Origin: a virus
Strand: one strand, 5' to 3'
Virus record (IMG/VR): IMGVR_UViG_3300049595_004693
Span: 1 to 64,000 of that record
DNA: 64,000 bases
Position 1 is the stretch's first letter. Each line of letters begins with the position of its first letter. The notes below the pieces were generated by a model that was not told the DNA's origin, ran no database searches, and saw only the letters and a list, made by a program, of their open reading frames with translations. Below are positions 19,641 to 29,344 of this stretch, one piece after another. Both the position numbers and the translations under genes were made by a program.

Positions 19641-19907
19641 CTATTTATTGTTTGGTGGAAGATAGAGTTCCTTAACCGTGTTGGCGTAAATAATCTTGAC
19701 GCGTCCAGCACCGTTAGAGATTTCAATCTTACCCTCGGATTCAAGCTCAGCAATCTGCTCTTCTGAGAGGCGAGCACGAGGATCAACTACCGTTAGCATG
19801 GTGCCTTTTTGCAAATCGCGAAGAACTTTGATATATGTGCCCTCTCCGCTCTTTTTTTTATTGACTACAGCAACCAAGGTCCAATATTTACCGTTATTGT
19901 TATCCAT
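19641..19907 (-). CDS. Hypothetical protein (possible SSB-like)
   Basis: Small beta-rich ORF in the replication module. Confidence 0.45.
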   Translation of the reverse strand: MDNNNGKYWTLVAVVNKKKSGEGTYIKVLRDLQKGTMLTVVDPRARLSEEQIAELESEGKIEISNGAGRVKIIYANTVKELYLPPNNK

Positions 19908-20188
19908 TATTCTTTTTCTTTCTTTCTATTATGAGAGTAGCTCATCACTACCATCTTAGCATTATACAGGCTGGTCGTCAAGGTGAACAATTCAATTTCT
20001 TGGGGGGACGCGTGCTTTACTTCATCCTGCTCCAAAGGAAATAGGATAAGGTTTCGCAAAAGTCTCTCCATTTCACCCTTAGACATGGTGCGCAATTGGA
20101 ATGAGAACGCGGGCGCCTTCTCGCTGTAGAACTTAGCTTCCTGTTCTACAACGTCCTGAATTTCCTGATCTAATTCTTTAGAATCCAT
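19907..20188 (-). CDS. Hypothetical protein
   Basis: Start moved to ATG 20188 (MDSKEL) to reduce overlap with ERF. Confidence 0.5.
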   Translation of the reverse strand: MDSKELDQEIQDVVEQEAKFYSEKAPAFSFQLRTMSKGEMERLLRNLILFPLEQDEVKHASPQEIELFTLTTSLYNAKMVVMSYSHNRKKEKE

Positions 20189-20828
20189 GATTGTCTCGTG
20201 CTGCTCCGTTGGTGCGGGGCTTAAAGCTAGAACGCTTAGTGGCTTCCGCGGTAGAGGCTGCCTCAACAGGAGCCGTAGTCTCTGCAGGCTTGGTTACCGG
20301 AAGCGGCGTGGTGGGAGCCGTGATGCTTGACTTGAGAGGGGCGGTAGTAGTTGGTTTTTCTGGTCCTGGCTTGGCTCGCGCTCCGATCTCGGGAGAATCC
20401 GAATCGGCTTCTGCCATATCTTCCGTAGGAATACTGAAGGTTTGAATGAGAGCATACTTAAGAGCTGCGGAAAGCGCTTTATTCGTAGCTTTGTCGCCGC
20501 TATCCAGTCCTTCCGCAGCAATAGGACCCACCGCCACACTTGATCCATCTTCTGCGTAGAAGGTATATTTTACTAGGATGTGAACATGTTTATCAATACC
20601 GTTCTTTCCGCTAGAGCGAACCACTTCCTGAAGGACATGCTCTTCCTTTACCACCTCCGGAGCCATGAACACACCGTGTTTGACGAGAGCGGGGTACAGC
20701 GCATTTACAAACTGATCAATGCCTCGAAATTTAAACCCTTGAGCTACGTTCTTTTGATCTTTTCCAACGGATTTAATCTCGCTCATCACCAAAGACATTT
20801 TTTTATAAATCAAACCTGTATTAGACAT
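20178..20828 (-). CDS. ERF-family ssDNA annealing protein
   Basis: K..KN..QGFKFRGID; DSGDKATNKALSAALKYAL...F.IPTED. Confidence 0.85.
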   Translation of the reverse strand: MSNTGLIYKKMSLVMSEIKSVGKDQKNVAQGFKFRGIDQFVNALYPALVKHGVFMAPEVVKEEHVLQEVVRSSGKNGIDKHVHILVKYTFYAEDGSSVAVGPIAAEGLDSGDKATNKALSAALKYALIQTFSIPTEDMAEADSDSPEIGARAKPGPEKPTTTAPLKSSITAPTTPLPVTKPAETTAPVEAASTAEATKRSSFKPRTNGAARDNHGF

Positions 20829-20837
20829 CTATACTCC

Positions 20838-21074
20838 TTAAGGCGTATTGTTACGCAGCTCATAGCTACGCACATTATATTTAGAAATGGCGTGAGCTTT
20901 GGTTTCGCCACACGAGATCACACTAGTAATCTTAGCATAATTTTTATCAACATTAAAGTCAATTTCAACTACTTCCCACATTTTAGTTTCTTGGTTATAT
21001 CGTGTAGCCAGCGCCGTACCTTCGCTTTTAGGAGCAACGCTACTAATCTTTTCCCATCCAGTTTCCTTACTCAT
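20838..21074 (-). CDS. Hypothetical protein
   Basis: ORF in operon with SD. Confidence 0.5.
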   Translation of the reverse strand: MSKETGWEKISSVAPKSEGTALATRYNQETKMWEVVEIDFNVDKNYAKITSVISCGETKAHAISKYNVRSYELRNNTP

Positions 21075-22170
21075 TCTGCTCTAATCCCTTCATACTTCCT
21101 TTGTGACATAGATTAATATACGGACAAATTAGATTGCCGTTTTTGCAGGCCGCCAAGTTCTTATAAAAAATTCCTAGCTTAATCATCTGGTTAATATCAA
21201 TGAAGTTATCTAAAATGAGGTTCTCTGATTCTGGAGTAACCTCATTAAGTACTGTTTGAATGTAGCATTCTGGATTTACTTTTACAATCCACTCACCGCC
21301 ACAACGCTTCCCTTCGATCTCATTGTCGCAGGTCTTAGCTCTAGATCCGGTGCCGTCATGACCACATTGAGAACATTTCTTATCTTTATTAAGTTTGATG
21401 TTCTTATTAAGAACGATGAAGCCGACGCCGGCAAGATTATACTTTTCTTTGAGAGTGTGATAATATAGCACTAGCTGCTGAGAGCGGGCTGCGGAATCTT
21501 CGTCGTACGCTCTAGCTGAGGTCTTATTGTCTAGTACGTAATTCTTGCCGTCTTTGTATGTAGCGACAAGATCCACGAATCCCGTAATCTTATCCCCTTC
21601 CTCGTTCTCTAGCGAAATCTCTTCCTGGATAGAAACTACTTCGATGATTTGTGGGAGCACTTTATCAAAATAGCTCTTAATCATCGCGTGACCCTTTCTA
21701 CGCATAGAAAGCCAGTTTAGATGATTATATTTAGCTTGGGTAGCTGGGACAATGTTATCCCATCCGATGCTAGCCTTAAGCTCCTGAATTTCTTTAATGA
21801 AGTCGTCAGGGGAGTTTTGGCAAATATATTTCGCGACTGTCTCTAAATCATCTTCGATGAGAAGGTTTGAATCAAAGTCGGAGGCGCCATATACTAACTT
21901 GGTGTTGTTTATAAGCTCCTCGTAGGAGTTACCTATGCGTCCGTTTTTCCATTTAGCGTCAAATATTTCAATGGCCTTATTGTAATTACGATCAATAAGA
22001 AGATTATTAAGGGCCTCGTCAATAGCGGAGCCAAAAGCAAGAGCGGAATGAAACACTGTTTCGCGAACGCGGTCGATATAGTGATATTTATATCTTTGAC
22101 CGCACTCGCTATAAAGTCTAAGTGAGCTGTGACTTAATTTAGTCGCCACCTGTATAACCGCCCTCGTCAA
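21067..22170 (-). CDS. PD-(D/E)XK (RecB/Cas4-like) exonuclease
   Basis: LSHSS..Y.EC, GFVDL, VLDNKTS, QLVLY, terminal Cys cluster. Confidence 0.85.
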   Translation of the reverse strand: MTRAVIQVATKLSHSSLRLYSECGQRYKYHYIDRVRETVFHSALAFGSAIDEALNNLLIDRNYNKAIEIFDAKWKNGRIGNSYEELINNTKLVYGASDFDSNLLIEDDLETVAKYICQNSPDDFIKEIQELKASIGWDNIVPATQAKYNHLNWLSMRRKGHAMIKSYFDKVLPQIIEVVSIQEEISLENEEGDKITGFVDLVATYKDGKNYVLDNKTSARAYDEDSAARSQQLVLYYHTLKEKYNLAGVGFIVLNKNIKLNKDKKCSQCGHDGTGSRAKTCDNEIEGKRCGGEWIVKVNPECYIQTVLNEVTPESENLILDNFIDINQMIKLGIFYKNLAACKNGNLICPYINLCHKGSMKGLEQNE

Positions 22171-22330
22171 TCATTCGTTCAAACTCTTTAACAAGATCAT
22201 ACTCTACATCTTTAGATTTGTCAAATTTATGGTTGCAGTATTCGCAGACAGAAGCGGAGTCACTCTTCTGAATGACTCCGCAGTATGAACACCTTACTGT
22301 ACGATTGGAGTGTATGTCGCTAGATCGCAT
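22139..22330 (-). CDS. Small Zn-ribbon protein
   Basis: CSYC...CEYC. Confidence 0.45.
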   Translation of the reverse strand: MRSSDIHSNRTVRCSYCGVIQKSDSASVCEYCNHKFDKSKDVEYDLVKEFERMIDEGGYTGGD

Positions 22331-23172
22331 ACATCTCGTACTTCCAAAGGCATACCAGAAGCCATTTTACAATTCTCAACGACTTCTCTAATCTTTCGAT
22401 TTTCTTCTAGAGCGCTGTAGTCAATAGTGTTGTTAGCCTCAGTGTAGAAAACTCCGCCTCGAGCTGAGTCTAAGAATCGGGAAACGGCTTCGTGCGGCAT
22501 AGCCCAAGCATATCCAAGTTCTCCTCTACCAGCAAATACTACGGCGGAAAGCTCATTTTTAGCATTGTATACTGCTGAGCCAGATGATCCTGGCATGATA
22601 GTGGCAGTCACTAGAATGGATTCATAGTTTTTAATAATCGGAATACCTCCAAGGAACAAACACAACATTCCATTAGAGTTCCAATCTTTAGTTTCACATT
22701 TACGAATACCTACCATGATAGGAATAATGCGTAATTCTGAGAAATGTCCTTCACTTACTACTGTTGGATATAAAGCAGGATGACCTACGATAGTGGCCTT
22801 AGAAAGATGCTTTGGTGCTGTGCTCGCTACCTCAGTGTTAATTTCTAAATTCTTATCGACTTGTACAAGACATAGATCATATTCTTCCGAGCTATAATAG
22901 CGTTTAATGGAAAAATCTCCGATATGCGTACTAGCAATCGCTGGACCAGTTTTAGCCAATTTACAAACGTGTGCGTTTGTTAAAATGGTGGATACTGACT
23001 CGGTAGATTCAAGAATAACTCCAGTACCTCCGCTACGCTTATTAGGCCTTGAAATTATTACAGAAGATTTACTAAGCTGTTCCGTAGTTGGAGCGGAAGT
23101 ATTTAACATCCACGTCAAAGCAACAATGCTCAACGCGGCCAAAAGAGTGGGCAATTTAAAAGAACGCTTCAT
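22294..23172 (-). CDS. Exported trypsin-like serine protease
   Basis: GTG, TNAHVC, DLCL, PGSSGS; N-terminal hydrophobic signal. Confidence 0.85.
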   Translation of the reverse strand: MKRSFKLPTLLAALSIVALTWMLNTSAPTTEQLSKSSVIISRPNKRSGGTGVILESTESVSTILTNAHVCKLAKTGPAIASTHIGDFSIKRYYSSEEYDLCLVQVDKNLEINTEVASTAPKHLSKATIVGHPALYPTVVSEGHFSELRIIPIMVGIRKCETKDWNSNGMLCLFLGGIPIIKNYESILVTATIMPGSSGSAVYNAKNELSAVVFAGRGELGYAWAMPHEAVSRFLDSARGGVFYTEANNTIDYSALEENRKIREVVENCKMASGMPLEVRDVCDLATYTPIVQ

Positions 23173-23861
23173 TTAGTGCTCCTATCAATGTCTTGTCTGA
23201 CGGTTTTTCCGGTAAAGATGGCGGTAGAAAAGCTAGTGCCGGACACTCGCTCATCTCCTACGGAAACGTCTACGCCTAATTCATAATGTTTAACTACGGA
23301 ACCATAATTAGAAGAGTCAGATCTATTTCCTCTAGCGTCAATAGATCCTATAACATAGATTCTTTTGTCGTACATAGCAGGATAGTATTTTGGTTCGATA
23401 AGCCAGGACAACTCTATTCCCTCATTACCAGCCGCTACAAATATCTTGGTGCCTTTATTCAAATGCGCTTTGACTAGTACCTCTTCGTAGTTGGTTCTAT
23501 AGGTGCCTGAAGAGCTGTAGTTAATATATTTAACATTCTGATTAAGAAGATAGGAAAGAGCTTTTTCTGAAGCTTCAACATTTTCTTTGCCAGTCTGTCT
23601 ATCGTCAAAATATTTAACAATAAGTAAGCACCATTTATTTTTATCAATAGAAGCTAGCTGTTCGCTAATCAAATATGCTATCGGCGTTCCATGTTTAGAA
23701 CGATCTTCTAACTTGCGGTCTTTAGTAAAGCTGCGATGTCCTGTGGGGCACAAGTTTAACGCCGGCTTATTTGTATGCTCAGTAAGTCCAGTATCCACAA
23801 TGGCTATTTTTAGCGGCTCAGCCAATACTAAAGAAAATGATAATAGCCAATATAACATCAT
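23169..23861 (-). CDS. Exported subtilase (S8 peptidase)
   Basis: IVDTG, HGT, AAGNE, SGTSFS; signal peptide; start placed downstream of the promoter. Confidence 0.88.
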   Translation of the reverse strand: MMLYWLLSFSLVLAEPLKIAIVDTGLTEHTNKPALNLCPTGHRSFTKDRKLEDRSKHGTPIAYLISEQLASIDKNKWCLLIVKYFDDRQTGKENVEASEKALSYLLNQNVKYINYSSSGTYRTNYEEVLVKAHLNKGTKIFVAAGNEGIELSWLIEPKYYPAMYDKRIYVIGSIDARGNRSDSSNYGSVVKHYELGVDVSVGDERVSGTSFSTAIFTGKTVRQDIDRSTK

Positions 23862-23872
23862 ATCTATCAAAT

Positions 23873-23901
23873 AGTATACTATAGTATTATAGCGCTGTCA
23901 A
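23873..23901 (-). promoter_or_regulatory. Sigma70-type promoter
   Basis: TTGACA-17-TATACT. Confidence 0.7.
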
Positions 23902-23902
23902 A

Positions 23903-25771
23903 CTAAATTTCGCATACTCCAGAAACACAAGCTAAATTTTGAGCACCTTCTGTTTGATCTTCTAGCTCATATACTGAAAGCTTTGAGTATTCAATCTCTG
24001 GAAATTTCTTAGACAATTCGGCATATTGCTTGGCAGTAATCTCTTCATATGGAGCTAATTTATAGATGCCTCCGTCGTAAGGGAGAAAGGAAACTCCGTT
24101 GATATATTCCCAGTTAGTATATACCCAATTACCTACTTCAAACCATTCATCATCTTTGACATAGATAGTTGCTGATGCACTATGCTCACACCAGTTGTTT
24201 TGAATTTTTTTATAATGTTCAAGCTGTTTGATAGCCGACATGTCTTTACGAGTAATGCATCCTTCTGGAGCCTTTACAGGAAACTCAACAACCCAAGTAG
24301 TCGCCGTATCCTCCGATTGACCTACTTCTGGTTTCATGGGCGCACCCTGATCTTTTAGAAGTTTACATAACGGGTCGGTGCTAGAAATACGATAACGACG
24401 AATATAGTATTCAGAATATCTAGTATGAAGTCCGCTAGCCGAGTCTACGACCTGCGATACGGTGCCGCTCGGCTTAGTGCAGGTGATCGCGGCCGGCATG
24501 TTGATGCCTAGCTTTTCAGAAGCGTGTTTAGCCACCTTGATAGCTTTCTTTTTCATGGCTCTTAGAGTTTCGGGGGTTAGGATGTCTGGATTATCCATTT
24601 GACCCGTGAGACTCACTCCAAGAAGTCGCTCCTCTTCTGAATTGCTCTTCCAAGAATCTCTAAGGTACGGATGATAAGTGAAAGTCGATTGAATGGCTCC
24701 AAGCCAGGTTGCTGTTTCAACTTTATCGAGTAGCGTGTCTAAATCATCCTCAGCTCGTACCACAACCTCCGAAAGGTTGCAGAATTCATTATTGCGAAGT
24801 AAAATTTCCGAGCAAGGATTTGTTCCTCTGATTAGCTCCGCTTTTCTCCTAGTCGGCGCTTTGTTCCTAGCGCCTTCTAGGTTAAAGATGCCTCGCTCAC
24901 CGCTGCCGCTAGAAGCAAGAGCGGACCACTCCCTAAGAAATTCTACGGCGCTTGGCTTTTTGTAGTATATAGCGCTATTGTTGGCCATGTATCTGTGAGC
25001 TGGAAATGGCGGCATTTTGGCTAGCCGCATAGCCTCATCATCTAAGTCTGACAGGGAAATTTGTGATGATCGACGCACTCCTCCGACTACCACAATTTCA
25101 GCGATTTTATTACAGATATCATGTACTTCTAAAGTAGTTAGTTTTCTACCCTGAGCTTTATCAAATACTTCTTTAATAAACTTATGAAGTCCCATCAGAG
25201 GCTCAGGGCCAGAGGAGCGCCCTCCCATAGTCTTGAGCCTAGCGCCTTTGGGACGCAGAAGGGAATAGTCAAAGTCGAGATTTTTGCCGTCATAGAGAGC
25301 GACTAAAAGCGCCTTTACACTATCAGCCCAACCCTTTCGATCATCCGTTATTACCATCGTGCCGTTACTTTCTGGCTTAGCAATAGCGACGGACGGTAGT
25401 TTATCTACAGACTCTTTTGTAACAGAAAATCCGAACCCTGTACCGCACATCAAAATGTATAAACATTCTGAAAACGCGTCAATAGAGTCCATCTCAGCAA
25501 ATGAGCAGTTGAAGATGGTGGTGTTGTCCGCTTCCGCTGCGGGTCCGGCTGCCCACATTGCTCGCATAGAAGGCATAACATCGAAGTTAAGAATATAGTT
25601 GCGAGCCTTTTTAATCACTTTAGAAGGCAACTTACCTTCTGTATGCTTTTCGATAAACGCTATATAGCGCTCTACAGTTTCGGGCCACGTTTCTCGCCGA
25701 CCAAGCTCGTCAACCCAGCGACTATAAGTACGAGTGTACACGAATTCCGCTGCGCGATTTTTAAAATACAT
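23903..25771 (-). CDS. nrdJ: Class II (B12-dependent) ribonucleotide reductase
   Basis: RTYSR, NCS, GGVRRS, TNPCSEI, KPSGT, C-terminal CxxxxC; no small subunit gene seen. Confidence 0.92.
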   Translation of the reverse strand: MYFKNRAAEFVYTRTYSRWVDELGRRETWPETVERYIAFIEKHTEGKLPSKVIKKARNYILNFDVMPSMRAMWAAGPAAEADNTTIFNCSFAEMDSIDAFSECLYILMCGTGFGFSVTKESVDKLPSVAIAKPESNGTMVITDDRKGWADSVKALLVALYDGKNLDFDYSLLRPKGARLKTMGGRSSGPEPLMGLHKFIKEVFDKAQGRKLTTLEVHDICNKIAEIVVVGGVRRSSQISLSDLDDEAMRLAKMPPFPAHRYMANNSAIYYKKPSAVEFLREWSALASSGSGERGIFNLEGARNKAPTRRKAELIRGTNPCSEILLRNNEFCNLSEVVVRAEDDLDTLLDKVETATWLGAIQSTFTYHPYLRDSWKSNSEEERLLGVSLTGQMDNPDILTPETLRAMKKKAIKVAKHASEKLGINMPAAITCTKPSGTVSQVVDSASGLHTRYSEYYIRRYRISSTDPLCKLLKDQGAPMKPEVGQSEDTATTWVVEFPVKAPEGCITRKDMSAIKQLEHYKKIQNNWCEHSASATIYVKDDEWFEVGNWVYTNWEYINGVSFLPYDGGIYKLAPYEEITAKQYAELSKKFPEIEYSKLSVYELEDQTEGAQNLACVSGVCEI

Positions 25772-25789
25772 GCTGTTTCCTCTCAGGAG

Positions 25790-26197
25790 TTATTTATATT
25801 TTTTAGTTAGTTTGCTTAATTCTTTAAAAAATTTATCTATGAATTTAGGATCGTCTAATCGTTTATCTCCAGCAGAAATATTAGTCAGACGCATAATCAT
25901 TATTTTTTTTGATTTTTTATCAATTTCTTTTTGAGTAGTCTTTATTTTATTAGTGCTGATTTTTTTAGGCATCATTACAAATTCGCTACCATCGAAAAAC
26001 AACGCATATTTAGACTTTAACTGGTTAAAAATAAACCCAGGAAAAATATCTAAATATTTAAAAAAATCACTTATGATATCGTCTTCAATATAAGAGAGAC
26101 TAATTGGCCAATAATTACGCTGACTAAAATGAGTGTCGTCTAACTCTTTAGTTTTAGTCTTAATTAGTTTAGTTAAAATTTTATCGTAGTGCTTCAT
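25790..26197 (-). CDS. AT-rich hypothetical protein (moron-like)
   Basis: Very low GC; has its own promoter. Confidence 0.55.
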   Translation of the reverse strand: MKHYDKILTKLIKTKTKELDDTHFSQRNYWPISLSYIEDDIISDFFKYLDIFPGFIFNQLKSKYALFFDGSEFVMMPKKISTNKIKTTQKEIDKKSKKIMIMRLTNISAGDKRLDDPKFIDKFFKELSKLTKKYK

Positions 26198-26203
26198 TAG
26201 AAT

Positions 26204-26232
26204 AGTATATAAGAGAATAGATTATATGTCAA
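26204..26232 (-). promoter_or_regulatory. Sigma70-type promoter, leaderless
   Basis: TTGACA-17-TATACT, then 6 nt, then ATG. Confidence 0.7.
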
Positions 26233-26233
26233 A

Positions 26234-26446
26234 CTACTCCTCATATAGATTAGTGACATCCAGCCATTGAGACATATCCTTAGGCTTGTCATAAGCCGCG
26301 GATCCAACTACAAATGTTTTACCTAGCGTAGGATGTCCTTCTAGACGATATATAGGAATGAGCCCAACGCACGAATCAGTGACATATAGACATTTAAAAT
26401 CTACGTCTAAGCAGCTAGTGTGTCGGTAGATATGATTAGGTTCCAT
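26234..26446 (-). CDS. Hypothetical protein
   Basis: ATG at 26446 (MEPNH). Confidence 0.5.
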   Translation of the reverse strand: MEPNHIYRHTSCLDVDFKCLYVTDSCVGLIPIYRLEGHPTLGKTFVVGSAAYDKPKDMSQWLDVTNLYEE

Positions 26447-26580
26447 TACTTCCAAATCTCATCAAGCTCATTAAAAAGCTCAGTAACACCTCGGTCCTGC
26501 ATGTTCTCTAATTCCAAACGCACATCCTCCGGCCAATTAGGTGAGCATCCTGTAGTCGCCGTGGCTGCATTTCCTGGCCT

Positions 26581-26829
26581 TCAGTTCCGCAATGGTCGCT
26601 GTCTTAAATTTAAAGAAACAGATGCTTTAGTTTTTATAGAGGAGTTGTTCGATTTTTTTATTTTTTCTAATACTACTCTCGCTAAATTAACATCTCCAGC
26701 TAATGTAACTAAACAGGTTTCTATAGTTTGAGAATTCCAATATTTTTCACCAATAGCTGCATTTTCTTCATAAAATGCAATACTTTCTAAAGCATCTTTC
26801 ATAATTTTAAACTGTTCACTTTTTGTCAT
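26581..26829 (-). CDS. Hypothetical protein
   Basis: 82-aa ORF. Confidence 0.4.
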   Translation of the reverse strand: MTKSEQFKIMKDALESIAFYEENAAIGEKYWNSQTIETCLVTLAGDVNLARVVLEKIKKSNNSSIKTKASVSLNLRQRPLRN

Positions 26830-26851
26830 ATTTATTTATAATTTAAGTTGT

Positions 26852-27388
26852 TTAGGGAAGTTTCCAAATCACATTATTATGTTTAATTTCATCTTTACTC
26901 AAAGATTTTGCGCAAATACCGGGATCTTTAAATAAAATTCTATATTGTGGATATATTAGTAGTTCTCCGCTTGTTGCTTCAATAACATGCATCATTTTCC
27001 AATGCTCGGGGTCTCTGCTTAGATCATTATTACCAACATAATCAATGGAAAATCTATAATAACCATTTATTATTCTATCTTTTGTGGTTTTTACTGTGCA
27101 TGGCATATATCTCAGCAAATCAATAGTAATTATATCTATTTCATTACTTATATTGTCCCACATTACAGATTCAGATAAGCTAATTTTGGGAGCTTCTGAA
27201 CTAAAACAGATAGCATGAGGAGGTAATCCAGTATAAAAAACTCCATTTTCAAGTAATACTTGAAATTGTATAGTTTGATTAGAAAGTGCTCTTACCGAAG
27301 CTAATCTTCCTTCTATAAATTTAAATTTATTGTTATAAATAAATTCTTCTCTTAAAAATATTGTAAGAGGAGGAGTGTTTTTATTCAA
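26852..27388 (-). CDS. AT-rich hypothetical phage protein
   Basis: 178-aa ORF, low GC. Confidence 0.55.
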   Translation of the reverse strand: MNKNTPPLTIFLREEFIYNNKFKFIEGRLASVRALSNQTIQFQVLLENGVFYTGLPPHAICFSSEAPKISLSESVMWDNISNEIDIITIDLLRYMPCTVKTTKDRIINGYYRFSIDYVGNNDLSRDPEHWKMMHVIEATSGELLIYPQYRILFKDPGICAKSLSKDEIKHNNVIWKLP

Positions 27389-27478
27389 ATTTTATTTTCC
27401 TTAACCAATATTATTTTAATTTATTATTTGATCTTATCCTTAATTCTACTAGTCATTTATGTTACTCGTCGCGCTTTA

Positions 27479-27540
27479 TCGTGAGGGCCGGGATTCTTTC
27501 CGGCAGCCTAGGCCCGTCATGTGCTCACGCCGCCTCACGA
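27479..27540 (-). ncRNA. tRNA-like structured element (non-canonical)
   Basis: UCGUGAGG/CCUCACGA closing stem stacked on a GCCGG-AAAGAAUC-CCGGC T-arm-like hairpin; GC island in AT-rich DNA. Confidence 0.3.
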
Positions 27541-27544
27541 AACT

Positions 27545-27751
27545 TTATTCTTTCAGCTCTTTTACGTCAAACCATTTACTATGTTTCAGTGCATCTTCTA
27601 AATGTATATCAAAAGGCCAATGCCGTAAACACGCATATGCTCTACGTCGAATATTTTTAGGCACCTTAGGTGTTTTCTTTGGATCTAAAAGATCTAGCAA
27701 AAACTGCTTTCCATACTGGAGCGCTCGCGTACGCTCGTCAGGCAAGGTCAT
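27545..27751 (-). CDS. Conserved-looking small phage protein
   Basis: MTLPDERTRA...TPKVP..IR..A..CLRHWP. Confidence 0.65.
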   Translation of the reverse strand: MTLPDERTRALQYGKQFLLDLLDPKKTPKVPKNIRRRAYACLRHWPFDIHLEDALKHSKWFDVKELKE

Positions 27752-27970
27752 TTAGCCTCCCAGCAAAGCACCATCTGGCCTTCAATATATTCAAACCAAC
27801 ACACATGTTTATCAGACATGTACAGCAACATGCTGTGTGTAGACTCTTCTGGTGGAAAGCGATTAATCATAAATTTGGGGCCTCGTTGTGGGTGTAGGTG
27901 AGGCTAAACCTACAGTCAATCCGTTATAAATCGGCAACCCTAACTTAATTATATTAAATCACACTACTAA

Positions 27971-28444
27971 CTAGAAGTCAACTCCTAAAAGCACCGATCC
28001 TGTTTTATTAGTCTGCACTTGAGCGCCGATGGACAGAGTGTCATTAAGCATTCTTTGGTATTGGGCTCCTCCCACCACTCCGGTATCAGACTCCACTTCA
28101 ACAGTGCTTCCTGCCTGTGTAGTAGTTAGTCCTCCTTGATTACCGTGTCCTCCGAGTAACGACACGCGATTTTTCTTACTTGTGGAGCAACTGAGCGTTT
28201 TAGAACGCTCTGTTTTAGTTACTACAAACTGCTGTTTCCTTGGCACCACTTTAAACTTCTCGGCTGGTACCGCAGACTCCACTCCATCGGCTCTGCGAAC
28301 AATAATAACCGCTCCTTTAAGGTGACTAGGAACATCCGTACTAATCACTTTCGTTTCTGTCAAAACCTCCTCACTAACCTTTTCAACACAGTCAGAAGCT
28401 AAAGAAGAAACACTAAACAACATGCTAAAAATAATATATTTCAT
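27971..28444 (-). CDS. Exported protein with C-terminal OM beta-strands
   Basis: Signal peptide; amphipathic strands ending in Phe (LGVDF). Confidence 0.55.
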   Translation of the reverse strand: MKYIIFSMLFSVSSLASDCVEKVSEEVLTETKVISTDVPSHLKGAVIIVRRADGVESAVPAEKFKVVPRKQQFVVTKTERSKTLSCSTSKKNRVSLLGGHGNQGGLTTTQAGSTVEVESDTGVVGGAQYQRMLNDTLSIGAQVQTNKTGSVLLGVDF

Positions 28445-28452
28445 ATATTTCC

Positions 28453-29334
28453 TTAGTTATTGAGGGCTTGGCCGGTGGTTGCTGAAGGGGTGGATGATAC
28501 ATCAAGGTTAGCACTTACTGTGACACGACACTGCGCTCCATTGCGATCGGTGGTGACATAGCTACCTGGAGCGAGTAGTGTGAGCCGATCAAGGTGCGGG
28601 CCACCGTCATATAGTGCCAAAATTTTGCCGTCCGTAAGTCGTAGAAAAATTTCATCATTTGCAAACTCTTGTCCACAAGGATAAATATATCCTTTAATAC
28701 CAATTGCATTAGCTAGTGCGTTTTGTCCTGGTTCGCCCTGCGGTCCTTGCGGACCCGTCGGGCCTACCGCACCGTCTTCGCCGTCATAGATCATTTGGCT
28801 AGTGCTTCCGCAAGTAATACGAGCACCTCCAGAGGCATTAGCGATGCTGCAGCTAGTACCATTTTGGCCATTTACTCCATTATAAACATAAGCTACAGAA
28901 TTGCCGCAAGTAATGCGAGCGCCGTTCGACAATTGCTTTACTTTACAATCCTCACCGTCTTCACCGTCATGGATGAATACAGGGAATTGATTTGGGCAGG
29001 CCAGATACACTCCAGAAAAGAAAAGTGAACGATAGGCTTGGCAACTTGCTCCTGCCGGTCCTGTTTGTCCTACAGGCCCTTGAATGCCCTGTGCTCCTTG
29101 TGGGCCTTGAACACCCTGCGGTCCCTGGGCACCGTTTAGAACAACGGAAGATGATCCATCGGTACACGAGATTCGCGCGCCCACCACAGCAAAACTTTCT
29201 TCATCGAGTTCTGCGGAAACCGAGCAGCTTGTGCCGTCTTTTCCTGGCTCCCCTTTAAAAATTTGAACCACTTCTCGGGCAGGAGAACAACTAATAAAAA
29301 CCAAAGAACAAAACAGTAAAATCCAGTTACGCAT
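28453..29334 (-). CDS. Collagen-like repeat lipoprotein
   Basis: Lipobox FISC; G-X-Y runs; repeated GxSC...GARITCG units. Confidence 0.75.
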   Translation of the reverse strand: MRNWILLFCSLVFISCSPAREVVQIFKGEPGKDGTSCSVSAELDEESFAVVGARISCTDGSSSVVLNGAQGPQGVQGPQGAQGIQGPVGQTGPAGASCQAYRSLFFSGVYLACPNQFPVFIHDGEDGEDCKVKQLSNGARITCGNSVAYVYNGVNGQNGTSCSIANASGGARITCGSTSQMIYDGEDGAVGPTGPQGPQGEPGQNALANAIGIKGYIYPCGQEFANDEIFLRLTDGKILALYDGGPHLDRLTLLAPGSYVTTDRNGAQCRVTVSANLDVSSTPSATTGQALNN

Positions 29335-29344
29335 TAATACTCCT

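Noticed and set aside
21067-22170. Cas4 as part of a CRISPR system
   Set aside because: Sits one small gene from ERF in a recombination module; no array or other cas genes
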